A stretch of DNA of 64,000 bases from Mobula hypostoma (Eukaryota): contig NC_086107.1 in assembly GCF_963921235.1 (NCBI RefSeq), positions 110,610,001 to 110,674,000 of the forward strand, given 5' to 3'. Made by a program: the position numbers and the translations under genes. Of the stretch, positions 12,055 through 23,940 are shown piece after piece. Position 1 is the stretch's first letter. Every line of letters begins with the position of its first letter. The notes beneath the pieces are model-generated. The model was not told where the DNA came from. It did no database searches and saw only the letters and a list, made by a program, of their open reading frames with translations.

Positions 12055-13115
12055 TGTTAGATGTTGGAAATCCAGAGCAAAACACACAAAATGCTGGAGG
12101 AACTCAGAAGGTCAGGCAGCATCTATGGAAAAGAATAAGTACTGGATGTTTTGGGTTGAAACCCTTCATCAGATTTTGTAAAGAAGGGGGAAGAAGCCAG
12201 AATAAGAAATTGGGTGGACTTTTAGCAGTATGCATCAGCTGGTGATAGGTGAGACCAGGTTCAGAGGTTCATTTATTATTAAAGTATACAACTCTGAAAT
12301 TCTTCTCCATGAAATGAAGAAAGAAAAGAAAATGGTACCACAACCATCAACTGCCCCCAAATCCCCCCTCCCTGCACAAAAAAACCCAAAATGGAACAAG
12401 CACATTGACTCCCAAATCCCTCTCCCCACAGACAAAAAAATGAGAAAGATTTGGTGAAAAGCACGGAATATAAAAAAACTATAAGACTGGAAAAAATAGT
12501 CTATAGTCCAAGTCCATATCCAAAATGCAGAAAACCTGGGTAGCATTCGCCGGGTACAGCGGCAGCCTCTTCCCTCTCTGATAGCAGAGCGATCCCCCAG
12601 CGATCAAGAGGCAAACTGCCTCTGCCATCTGGAATCCTTTCGGAGACTGCTCAGACGCCAAAGTGATCTCCAAACCGCAAATCACGGGCTCCAACAGTTC
12701 CAGAGTCACATTGCAGATGAAAAAAAATGTAAAAGACATAAAAGAAGTGAAATATATGGTTTCATGATCTATCCAGAAGATGTCAACAGAAGGAGCATTG
12801 CATGCAGGCGCCATCTTGAGCAGAAGGGTAAACACTGGGTGGCTGGGGGTCGGTAGGGGAGGGGGGATGAAGTGAGAAGCTGGGAGGTGATAGGTGGAAA
12901 ATGTAAAGGGCTGGAGAAGAAAGAATCTAATAGGAGAGGTGAATGGGCCACATAGGAAAAAGGGACGTGTGGGGGGAGCACCAGAGGGAGGTGATGGGCA
13001 AGTGAGGAGAAGAGAAGGTGTGAGAGGGGGGAGAATAGCGAATGGAAAATGAGAGATAGGGGAGGGGGCAGAATTTAACAGACGTTAGAGCAATTGATGT
13101 TCATGCTCCCAGACA
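12055..13115 (-). mobile_element. Penelope-like 3' fragment interrupted by an unclassified retroelement (~12260-12825)
   Basis: GATGTTGGAAATCCAGAGCAAAACACACAAAATGCTGGAGGAACTCAG tail and purine-rich UTR, matching 4803-5305 in reverse. Confidence 0.7.
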
Positions 13116-13419
13116 GAATATGTCCCCTCTGCTCTGAGGCCTCCTTCACCATTCATACCAGTGTTACCTGCAGAAAGACAGCCAGGCTGTGATTCCTCCT
13201 GTAGCCGAATAGTCAGCTGATATTCACCTTTGGGAGCCATTCGTGAGCGATGGCTGAAGGGGATTCGAGCCCTGCGCCCACCTCCCATCCGAGTCTTCTT
13301 CAACTATTCGCTCGAGTGTTGCCTGCAAAGACAGCCAAGCTGTGATTCCTCCGCTAGTCGAATAGTCTGTTTTACCATGGGGGGGGGGTTGATTGCGTTT
13401 TAGTGGGGGGGGGGGTGGT

Positions 13420-14830
13420 GATAACAGGATCGTCTTGTCGCTAATATGAGCCCATCACATCGAGGCACGAGGAGAAACGGTGGGAAGAAAGAGTTGACAA
13501 GCGGGATGCTTTCCATTTTGGGATTCAGCGATGCCAGCGCGGGATCAGCCCCTTGTGGGAACCGAGAGCATCTGGTAATTGAGGAGGAAGAATTATCTTC
13601 CCCACTAGGGAGCCAGAAGGATGTTAGAGTGGGAGCACTTTGCGCTCCTTCGTTTTGACTATTATATACAGATTATCACAGTTTATTGATTGCTCTGCGA
13701 CTCGCAGGCCCCTGGAGGCGGGGGATTGAGATTTACGAATGAAAAGAGCTGTTGCTGTGGATGTACTATTGAATCAAGGGCGGCTGTCCGAAACCTCAAG
13801 CCCGTCCTGCTCTCGGCGCCAAGGTCCAGCGCTACGTTTGGGACGAGCCACCCCGAACTGTGCGCTGCCAACCCGGCGCGCAAAATCTCTCAGAGGACGC
13901 GCACCAGGGTCTGCCGTGGACTTCCCTGCCACTCGCGAGCTTTAAAGCCACGGCGGGAGAACTTGAACCACTCACTTCCCTCTTTACGTCGGCGGGACAG
14001 CAGGGGAAACCCGCGAGCAGTTTCGAACTCGTGGGAGTGCACATCTCGCACACCCTCTCACGGTCCCAGAACACAACCAAGAAAGCTCACCAGCTCCTGA
14101 AACTATGTACGTAAGCTATCTTACGTACTTATATTAATTGTGTTTTTTATTATTGAGTTTTTTTGATCTTATTGTGTTTTCTTTGGCCAATCGTGGGGGT
14201 GATAAACTCTCTGTGGTGGTTTTGTCGTATTCGTGTTCCCCCGACTTTGAACACCTAACGATCAAGTGCCGACCGTTCTGCTAACAGTACCAAGGAGTTC
14301 TCGTCCGTGATCCTGACTGCAGTTTACATACCACCATTGGCCGACTGTAATTCGTGTTCCGCCGAGGGTTTTCGGCCCGAAACGTCGACTGTACTTTTTT
14401 TTTCTATAGATGCTGCCGGGCCCACTGAGTTCCTCCAGCATTTTGTGTCTGTGGCTCGGATTTCTAGCGTCTTCAGGTTTTCTCTTGTTTGTAATTCGGC
14501 TCTTGAGATAGCGCAAGGTGCAGCCAGTCACCGAACTAGAAACAGTCCGCGACCGACGCATTTCAAATCACAGTCGGGGACTTCAATCAGACATGTTTGA
14601 AGAAATCTCTGCCCAGTTACCTTCAGCATATAACCTGTAGTACCAGACTAGACTGCTGACTACTATGCTATATAAGGATTGCCTACCGATCCATGCCCGG
14701 ACCACTTTTCGGAGAATGGGATCATTTGGCTGCCCTTCTCCTAACCGCACACAGGCAGAGGCTGAAGACTAAAGCTCCGGAGATTAGGGCCACAACGAGG
14801 TGGTTGCGGAAGGCAGAGGAGCGGCTGCGG
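13420..14830. promoter_or_regulatory. CpG-island-like region (candidate promoter/enhancer)
   Basis: GC-rich, CpG-dense unique sequence at ~13690-14075; CpG retention extends into the adjacent repeats. Confidence 0.5.
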
Positions 14831-16695
14831 GATTCAGTGGACTGGGCCGTGTTCAAGGATTCATCTGTAGATCTGAATGTAAACACTGTGGCCGTCACGG
14901 ACTTTATAGAAAGTGTCCCAACAACATAACTCAGGGCTTTCTCCACCAGAAGCCCTGGATGGACCATGAGATCCGCATTCTGCGGAGGGTCAGATCATGT
15001 CTGGCGAGCAAGAGACAAGAGGTCCAGGCACGACCTCAGGAAAGCCATCTCACAGACAAAGTGGTAATTCCGGACTAAACTGGAATAACTGAGGGATGCA
15101 CAACAGCGATGGCAGGGATGGAATGCCGTCACCTCTTACAAAGTGAAATCAAGCGACATAGGTGACAACAGGGCTTGGCTTCCAGATGAGCTCAATGCCT
15201 CCTATGCTCGCTTTGACCGTCAAGCCACGGAGAAACCATTACAAACCCCTGATCACCCTGTGATTTCAGTCTCTGAGGTTGACGTGAGAGCATCCTTCTG
15301 GAGTGTGAACCCACAGAAGGCATCTGGACCCAGATGGGATACCTGGCTGAGCAGTAAAGACCTGTGCTGATCAACAGGGTGGGGCATTCCCTGGGATCTT
15401 CAACCTCTGGCTTCCGCAGTCTGAGGCACCCACCTGCTTCAAGCACGCCTGACCTGCGTCAATGACTATTTCATTTACATCCACTGTGATGAAGTGTTTT
15501 GAGAGATCGCTGATGAAACAGATCAACTCCTGCCTGAGAAGCAACTCGGATCCGCTCCAATTAGCCTACCGGCACGACCGATCCAAAGCAGATGTCATTT
15601 CATTGGTTCTTCACTCAACCCTGCAACATCTGGACAGCAAACGTGCATACATCAAGATGCTCTTTATTGACTACAGTTTGGCATTCAGTACCGCCACCCC
15701 CTCAAAACTAATCAATGGACTGTGTGTCTAAGCGTGGTTCTAATGCCATATTTAAATTGGCTGAGGACACCGCTGTCATTGGCCGAATCAAAAGTGGTGG
15801 TGAATCAGCATATAGCATATAGCAGGAAGATTGAAAATCTGGCTAAGTGGTAACACAACAACAACCTCTCACTTAATGTCAACAAGACCCAGGAGCTGAT
15901 TATTGACTTCAGGAGGAGAAAACCAGAGGCCCATGAGCCAGATCTCATCCTGAGATCAAAAATAGAGATGATTGGTGTTATCTTTTCAGAGGACCTGTTG
16001 TAGGCCCAGCACATGACTGCAATTAGAAAGAAAACCAGGAGCACCTCTATTTCCTCAGAAGTTTGTGAAGATTCGGCATGACATCCAATACTTTGGCAAA
16101 GTTCTATAGATGTGTGGTGGAGAGCAGATTGACAGCCTGGTGTGGAATCACCAATGCCCTTGAATGGGAAATCCTACAAAAAGTAGTGGATACAGCTCAT
16201 TTCATCACGGTTGAAGCCCTCCCCACCATTGAGTACATCTACATGGAGCGCTGTTGCAGGAAAGCAGCATTCTTCTCCAAGGACCCCCACCATCCAGGAC
16301 ATGCTCTCTTCTCGCTACTGCCATCAGGAAGAAGGAACAGGAGCCTCAGGACTCACACAACCAGGTTCAGGAAAAGTTATTACCCCTCAATCTGTCATTC
16401 AACTTCACTTAACCCATCACTAAACTGTTCCCATGACCTATGGACTCACTTTCAAGGACTCTTCATCTCATGGTCTCGCTATTTATTGCTTATTTATTAT
16501 TATTATTATTATTATTTTCTCGCTTTTGTATTTGCGCAGTTTGTAGTCTTTTGCACATTGATTGTCTGTCCGTCCTGTTGGGTACTGTCTTTCATTGATT
16601 CTGCTACGTTTCTTGGATTTGCTGGGTGTGCCCACAAGAAAATGAATCTCAGGGTTGTATATGGTGCAATAATGAACTTACTTTGAACTTTGAAC
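14190..16695 (+). mobile_element. Rex1/Babar-like LINE, long decayed copy (endonuclease end, RT, 3'UTR)
   Basis: ILTAVYIPP; LPDELNASYARF; DPLQLAYR..RS..D.IS..LH..L.HLD....Y.KMLFIDYS.AF; LPSGRR.RSL...TTRF..SYYP; (TTTGAAC) tail. Confidence 0.9.
14355..14489 (+). mobile_element. Short Penelope-like pLTR insertion with 9-bp TSD
   Basis: Flanked by TGTAATTCG at 14346-14354 and 14490-14498; contains GGCCCGAAACGTCGACTG. Confidence 0.8.
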
Positions 16696-16834
16696 TGTAA
16701 AAACTTCTTGCTGCATCGGATCCGGAGTAACAATTACATCATTCTCTTTTGCGCTTGTGCGCTGAAAATGACATCAAACAATATTGAATTGAATCTTCCA
16801 CAACAATCTGTGCCAATGTGCCTCAATTATCATA

Positions 16835-16995
16835 TCAAAATGTCCTAAGGCACTTCCATAGGAGTGCTAGCAAACAAGTCATCAAACCAGATCACACAAG
16901 GACACTGGGCACGTCAACGGAGGATGTTTTAAAGAGGGTAGAGAGGCGGTGAGGTATAGGCGGGGAATCCTAGAGCTTGGATCCTCAGCAGCTGA
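16835..16995 (-). mobile_element. Old L2-like LINE 3' remnant
   Basis: Resembles an L2 3' end (GGTAGAGAGGCGG..AGGT.TAGG.GGGGAAT.C.AGAGCTT); recalled similarity only. Confidence 0.45.
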
Positions 16996-17870
16996 TCAGA
17001 ATCAGAATCAGGTTTAATATCACTGGCATATGTCGTGAATTTGTTGTTTTGCAGTAGCAGCAGCACAATGCAGTACATAATATAAGTTGCAGTGAGAAAT
17101 ACATAGAACAATACGGCACAGTACAGGCCCTTCGGCCCACAATGTTGTGCCGACCCTTAAACCCTGCCTCCCATATAACCCCCCCACCTTAAATTCCTCC
17201 ATATACCTGTCTAGTAGTCTCTTAAACTTCACGAGTGTATCTGCCTCCACCACTGACTCAGGCAGTGCATTCCACGCACCAACCACTCTCTGAGTAAAAA
17301 ACCTTCCTCTAATATCCCCCTTGAATTTCCCACCCCTTACCTTAAAGCCATGTCCTCTTGTATTGAGCAGTGGTGCCCTGGGGAAGAGGCGCTGGCTATC
17401 CACTCTATCTATTCCTCTTAATATCTTGTACACCTCTATCATGTCTCCTCTCATCCTCCTTCTCTCCAGAGAGTAAAGCCCTAGCTCCCTTACTGCATAT
17501 ATTAAATAAGTAGTGCAGAAAGAAAGGGAAAATAGTGAGGTAATGTTGACAGGCTCAATGTCCATTCAGAAATCTGATGGCAGAGGGGAAGAAAATGTTC
17601 CCGAAGTGTTGGTAGTAGCATTGAGAAGGGAGAATGCCCTGGCTGATGGGGGTCCTTAAAGATGGATGCTGCCTCTTTGAGGCACTGCTCTTTGAGGGTG
17701 CCCTGGGTGCTGGGGAGGCCAGTGGCCGTGATGGAGCTGGCTGAGTTTACAGCCTTCTGCAGCTTTCTCCGATCCTGTGCAGTGGCCCCTCCGTACCAGA
17801 TGGCGATGCAACCAGAGGGATTGCTCCCACGGCAACTCTGCAGAAACCTGCGAGTGCCTTCGGCTCTCCT
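16995..17870 (-). mobile_element. Rex1-like 3' fragment, split by the CR1 at 17101-17490
   Basis: (TCTGAT)n tail at ~16995-17010; the ORF-end motif continues after 17495. Confidence 0.75.
17101..17490 (-). mobile_element. Young CR1 LINE, 5'-truncated
   Basis: Uninterrupted RELGLYSLERRRMRGDMIEVYKILRGIDRVDSQRLFP...; near-identical to 57355-57748. Confidence 0.92.
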
Positions 17871-18009
17871 CCGAGTTGAAAGCGCGACCGCTGATGCTGG
17901 AGCCGTGCAACTCAGGGGACGTCAGTACCGGAGGTGTGGAGAGATCTCGACTTGATTATTCCGGGGAACATTTCGGAGACTGAAGGGGTGCATGGAGGGA
18001 TAAGAAACG

Positions 18010-18815
18010 AGTGAAGAATTCTTGTGAGCCCAAGTGCGTGCCTTCAGGCTCCTGTACCCGCTCCTTGATGGTAGCAATGAGGAGAGGCCATGTGCTGGGT
18101 GATGGGGGTCTTCAATGATGGATGCTGCTATTTTCACCATTTTGAGGCATCGCCTTTTGACGATGTCCTGTATAGTCATAGTCATACTTTATTGATCCGG
18201 GGGGAAATTGGTTTTCATTACAGTTGCACCATAAATAATAAATAGTAATAGAACCATAAATAGTTAAATAGTAATATGTAATTTATGCCAGGAAATTATG
18301 AAATAAGTCCAGGACCAGCCTATTGGCTCAGGGTGTCTGACCCTCCAAGGGAGGAGTTGTAAAGTTTGATGGCCACAGGCAGGAATGACTTCCTATGACG
18401 CTCAGTGCTGCATCTCGGTGGAATGAGTCTCTGGCTGAATGTACCCCTGTGCCCAAGCAGTCCATTATGTAGTGGATGGGAGACATTGTCCAAGATGGCA
18501 TGCAACTTGAGGCTAGTGCCCGTGATGAAGCTGGCTGAGGTTGCAACCTTCCGTAGCTTCTTCCAATCCCGTGTAGTGGCCTCTCCATACTAGATGGTGA
18601 TGCAACCACTTAGAAAGCTCTCCACGGTCCATCTGTAGAAATTTGCTGAAGTCTTTGGTGACATTCCAAACCTCCTCAATCTCCTAGTGAAATAGAGCAG
18701 CTGGTGCACTCCTGTCATAATTGCATCAATACGTTGGGCCAAGGGTCCATCCATAGAGACGATGACACCCAGGAGCTTGAACTGCTCATCCTTTCCACTG
18801 CTGATCCCTCGATAA
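18010..18815 (-). mobile_element. Rex1-like fragment with a second Rex1-like 3' end nested at ~18170-18505
   Basis: AASIIEDPHHPAH.L.SLLPS..GYRSLKA; nested copy reads LIPPRCSTERHRKSFLPVAIKLYNSS with a (ATGACT) tail. Confidence 0.8.
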
Positions 18816-19510
18816 GGACGATGGCCGGATAGGCCACAAACTGCAGAGTTTTAGTTCAAGTTTGTAGAGGGCACAAAGGGTGAGACCAGGTGGGTGGGCT
18901 CCAGTAATGCTGCTTTCTAAAGAGCTTCCCCAACATAAATGCAAGTAGCTCCTATTGAAGTGTATTGGAACAGCCAGACCTGGAGATGACTGCAGCAGGT
19001 GAACTGAAGCCAATTCCCAAAGCCAAGCCTGGCAACATTTTTTGAAATGGTCAAAAAATACGTTGCCTTTGCCCTTTTGAGAGGATCTGCTTCTCCCTTG
19101 GCCTCATCATCACTCAACAGGTAAAGAAATTCTCCTCAGAACACTTAGCCCTTTGGGACGATCAACCCTCCTGCCTATGAGGATGAAATTCCCCCTCCAA
19201 AGCCACCAGCCATTTTGTTTTGAATCTGGATCACAGTGCCTGAGATGGTGGAGAAGCTGGAGAGTCAACATTCATAAGTACCTGGATGGTACTAGAATTG
19301 TTAAGGCATAGAAGACTCTGGACCAACTCATTGTTGATGAAATCAATGTAGATGAGTAGTTGGTATGGACATGGTGGATGAAGGACCTGTGTTTCTGCTC
19401 TGTGACTCCATTACTACAACTGTGGTTATGCAGCACTGAAACAGGACTTTCAGCTCATTTGTAGAGCAGAGTTGATGGGCTGAATGGTCTACTTTGAAAT
19501 TCTTGGTGCT

Positions 19511-20016
19511 AAACACAAAATAATCTGCAGATGCTGTAAAAGATCAAAGCAACACTTTTAGTACACTGGATGAACTCAGCAGGTCGGGCAGCATCAGTCA
19601 GAAACGATGAGTCGACGTTTCGGGCCGGAACCCTTCGTCAGGACTGAAGAATGAAAGATGGGGAAGGATTCGAAGAATGCTTGTAGCGTCAGTTGATAGA
19701 CCAGTAATTTGAAAGACAAAGGGGTGGGGGAGGGGAAGCATTGACGTCTTAGCCCTGAAAACAATGGGTGGTAGAAGAAAGAGGCGGAACCATGAGGGAG
19801 CTGGGGGAGGGGGTAGAGTGAAATAGGGATAGGGGAAGGGAGGGGGAGGGAATTACCGGAAGTTGGAGAATTCTATGTTCATACCAAGGGGCTGGAGATT
19901 ACCTAGACGGTATATGAGGTGTTGCTCCTCCAACCTGAGTTTAGCCTCATCATGGCAGTAGAGGAGGCCATGTATGGACATATCTGAATGGGAATGGGAA
20001 GAAGAGTTGAAGTGGA
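19511..20016 (-). mobile_element. Penelope-like element, 5'-truncated, well preserved
   Basis: HFNSSSHSHSDMSIHGLLYCHDEAKLRLEEQHLIYRLGNLQPLGMNIEFSNFR*; probable TSD GTGCTAA at 19506-19512 and 20017-20023. Confidence 0.88.
19610..19645 (-). ncRNA. Minimal type I hammerhead ribozyme motif in the Penelope-like tail
   Basis: Minus strand AGUC-CUGACGA-A-GGG-UUCCGG-CCC-GAAA-CG-UC-GACU: intact core, stem I, stem II and palindromic ACGU stem III. Confidence 0.7.
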
Positions 20017-20409
20017 GTGCTAACTAAGTTGTCTACCTGAGCTAATCCCATTTGCCTGCATTTGGCCCACATACCTCTAAATCTGTCCTATCGTGTAGAT
20101 TCCTAAATAGCTTTAAAATGTTGTAACTGTGCTTGTCTCCATAATTTCTTCTAGCAACAACCTGATAATGAAATAGAGGAAAAGTTGCCGCCAGGTCCTC
20201 TTTTAAATTTTCCCTTTCTCACTTAATCAACAACGGAACCCCCACCTTACCCCCAGAACAAGACTGTGACCATTTACCTTAACTGTTTCTCTCAAACTTT
20301 TATATAACTGTACGAGGTCACCCCTCTGTCTCCTACACTCCAAGGGACAAAGTCCTTAGCCTAACCAGCTTCTCTTTATAACTCAAAACCTCCTTCCCCA
20401 GGAACATCC

Positions 20410-20750
20410 TCATGAGGGATGGGAGGGATCTCATTGAAACCTCTCGAATATTGAAAGGCCTAGGTAGGGTGGATGTGGACTCAATGTTTACAGTAACGGG
20501 GGAGCCTAGGACTAGAGATCAGAGCCTCAGAATGCAAGGACGGCCCTTTAGAACAGAGATGAGATGGAATTTCTTTAGCCAGATGGTGGTGACTCTCAAG
20601 CCAAGATGGTCAAGTACAGAGTATATTTAAGTGGAGGTTGATAAGTTCTTGATTAGTCAGGGCATCAAAGGTTAGAGGGAGAAGGTAGGTGAGTGGGGTT
20701 GAGAGAGGAAATAAATCATTTATGATGGAGTGGAGGAGCAGACTCGATGT
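20410..20750 (+). mobile_element. CR1 3' fragment (an older minus-strand CR1 remnant lies at ~20030-20410)
   Basis: DLIETSRILKGLGRVDVDSMFTVTGEPRTRDQSLRMQGRPFRTEMRWNFFSQ. Confidence 0.85.
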
Positions 20751-20939
20751 GATACTCCAAGTGTGCTCCATATTCCATATTTCCTTGGGATGTAATGGGA
20801 GGCCATTTGGCCCATCATTCATGCTGGCTCCCAGAGCTATCCCATTTCTCCACTGGAACCCTGTAACCTATTCTCAACCACCTGCCCATTAACACTAGCT
20901 GGCCTTCCCACCTGCCACCTACAGAAGGGGTTAATTTAG

Positions 20940-21890
20940 TCAATGTCAAAGTAAATGTACTATCAAAATACGTATATGCCACCATATACAACCCTGAGAT
21001 TCATTTTCTTGCAGACATTCACAGCAGAATAAAGAAATAAAACAGAATCAATGAAAAACTACAAAGACTGACAATCAATCAATGTGCAACAGAAGACAAA
21101 CTGGTCGAATGCATAAATAAATAAATAGATAGATAGATAAATTGGATACTGAGAATAATACTGAGTCCTTGTAAGTGAACCTGTAGGTTGTGGTATCAGT
21201 TTGGAGTTGCGGTGAGTGAAGTTATCTACGTTGGTTCAGGAGCCTGATGGTTGAGGGGTAATAACTGTTCCTGAACCTGGTATTGTGGGACCTAAGGCTC
21301 CTGTACCTCCCTCCTGATGGCAGCAGCGAGAAGAGAGCATGACCAGGGTGGTGGAAAGAAGCTCCAGAAAGTTGTAAAATTAGTCAGCTCCATCATGGGC
21401 ACTAGCCTGCACAATATCCAAGACATCTTCAAGGAACGATGCCTCAGAAAAGGTGGTGTCCATCATTAAGGACCCCCATCACCCAGGACATGCCCTCTTC
21501 TCATTGTTACCATCAGGGAGGAGGTACAGAAATCTGAAGGCACACACTCAGCGATTCAGGAACAGCTTCTTCCCCTCTGCCATCCGAGTCCTGGATAGAC
21601 ATTGAACCCATGAGCATTACCTCACTTGTTTCTAGATATTACTTCTGTTTTCACACTATTTTTAATTTAACTATTTAATATACATATATACTTACTCTGA
21701 TTGATTTCCTTATCTATTTTTTTTTCTGTATTTCCATGTATTGCATTGTACTGCTGCCGCTAAATTGACAAATTTCATGACATACGCTGGTGATATTAAA
21801 CCTGATTCTGACGGGTGCTGCTTTCTTGTGACAGCGCTGCTTGTAGATGTGCTCAGTGGTGGGGTGAGCTTTACCCATGATGGAATTTAC
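20940..21890. mobile_element. Minus-strand Rex1-like 3' end with a plus-strand Rex1-like copy nested at ~21352-21812
   Basis: Both carry the PHHPGHALFSLLPSGRRYR region, in opposite orientations. Confidence 0.8.
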
Positions 21891-22154
21891 CGTGGTCATT
21901 TAACCTAGCAACCTTTGTGAGGTCTTTGTGATGTGGGAGGAATCCGGAACGCCCAGAGGGGGAAATGCAGCCAGTCACAAGGGGAGCGTGCAAACTCCAC
22001 AAAGGCAGCAAGGACAAGATCGGCCTGCCACCACAGTACCTCACTGTATTGCACTGTTAATTGGTACAGCTTCAGAAGAGATTGCCAGCTTAAAAGTGGG
22101 CTTCCATGAGGTGCTGAGAGTCATCAGCAGTAGCAGTAAGGTACACCACCTCAA

Positions 22155-22440
22155 AGGGCGCCACGGTAGCGACGCGGTTAGCACGGTGCGCTCAGGGCAC
22201 CAGAGTTTGAAGTTCATTTCTGGTGACCTCTGTAAGCAAGTTTGTCCGTTCCTTCCCATGTGTTGTGTGGGTTTCCTCCTGGTGCTTTGGTTTCCTCCAA
22301 CAGGCAAACAAGGAAGTTAATCGGTTGGTGTAAATTGTGCTGTGACCAGGCTAGGATTAAGTTGCTGGGTTGCTGGGTGATGCGGCTTGAAGTTCTGGAA
22401 GGGCAGGCTTCCATATTTGTCTCAGAATAAAATAAAATAT
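22155..22440 (+). mobile_element. V-domain SINE
   Basis: GGGCGCCACGGTAGC head, GGGTTTCCTCC.GGTGCT..GGTTTCCTCC core, AATAAAATAAAA tail. Confidence 0.75.
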
Positions 22441-22599
22441 GTAAAGTCATGAATTAGCAACTGACTGGGCGCTCTGGTCCAACAAAGAATGAAAAAAGCG
22501 TTTGGCAGAGATGAAAATGGTGAGTGGCAACCAGGTGAAGCTGTGGTATGGGATATGTGTGCGGTAAGCAGCTGACACAGAAGGCCACAGACAGCGATA

Positions 22600-22850
22600 A
22601 GCGATCTCATAGCCGGCAGATCAGGTCGATGCGCTGCGGGGGCTACAACTTCGAGCCACGGACGGCGGCGGGCAATTGAACAGTTAATGAGAGGTGTCGA
22701 GTTTCAGAACAACATCGTCCTTGATGATGGTGGGGCCCAGCATGTGGGTGCCGAAGGAAAGGCTAAAATATTCGCTGCAAATTCCTCCCGAAATCCCCAA
22801 CATCCCAGAAGCCAGAGTCCAGCCAATTCCATTCACTCCACATTATAAAA
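22600..22850 (+). mobile_element. Old CR1-group LINE remnant (probably continues at ~23950-24125)
   Basis: Decayed NI.VLDDGGAQHVGAEGKAKIFA ... QPIPFTPH motif. Confidence 0.5.
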
Positions 22851-23940
22851 GACCATAAGATACAGGAGCAGCATGAGGCCATTCATCCCTTCGAGCCTGC
22901 TCCCCCATTCCATCAAGGCTGATTTATTTTCCCTCTCAACCCCACTCTTCTGCCTTCTCCCCGTAACTTTTGACACCCTTACTAATCAAGAACTTATCAA
23001 CCTCTGCTTTAATTATACCCAATGACCTCACCTGCATGGCCGTCAATGGCAATGAATTTCACAGATTCTCTACACTCTGGCTAAAGAAATTCTTTCTCAT
23101 CTCGTTTCTAAAGGGATGACCCTCTATTCTGCGGCTGTGCCCTTTGGTCCTAGACAGCCCCCCAACTACAAGAAATATCCTCTTCATGTCCTCTCTGATA
23201 AGGCCTTTCAATATTCAACAGGTTACAATGTGATCCCTCCTCATTCTTCTAAACTCTAGTGAGTACAGACCCGGAGTTGTCCTCGTATGTTAATCCTTTC
23301 ATCCACGCGCCTCCCCCCTCCCCACACCCAAGTCATCCTCGTGAACCTCCTCGGACCCTCTCTAATGCCAGCACGCCCTTTTTTAGAAATTAGATTAGAA
23401 TAGATTATGAGGACACGCAGTCCTCTTTTATTGTCATTTAGTAATGCATGCATTAAGAAATGATACAATGTTCCTCCAGAATGATATCACAGAAACACAA
23501 GACAAACCAAGACTAAAAAAACTGACAAAAACCACATAATTATAACATATAGTTACAACAGTGCGAAGCAATACCGTAATTTGATGAAGAACAGACCATG
23601 GGCACGGTAAAAAAAAGTCTCAAAGTCTCTTGAAAGCCCCATCACCTCACGCAGACGGTTGAAGGGAGAAACTCTCCCTGCCATGAGCTTCCAGCGCCGC
23701 AAACTTGCCAATGCAGCAACCTGGAAGCACCCGACCACAGTCCGACTCTTGAGTCCGTCCGAAAACTTTGAGCCTCCAACCAGCCCTCTGACACCGAGCA
23801 CCGAGCACCATCTCTGCTGAGCGCTTCAACCCCGGCCCTGGCAAAGCGGAGGATTTGGGGCCTACCCCTTTGGAGATTCTCGATCACACATTCTCGCTAT
23901 CGGGCCCAAAACTGCTCACAATAGTCCAAATGCGGCCTCA
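22850..23940 (-). mobile_element. CR1 fragment interrupted by an unclassified retroelement (~23390-23895) with a (TAATC)n tail
   Basis: CR1 3' sequence at 22850-23385 resumes as GGGCCCAAAACTGCTCACAATA at ~23902. Confidence 0.75.

Noticed and set aside
13690..14114. Overlapping ORFs in the GC-rich region as a protein-coding gene
   Set aside because: No recognisable domain; stop-poor frames on both strands are expected from GC content; start codons are mostly non-ATG.
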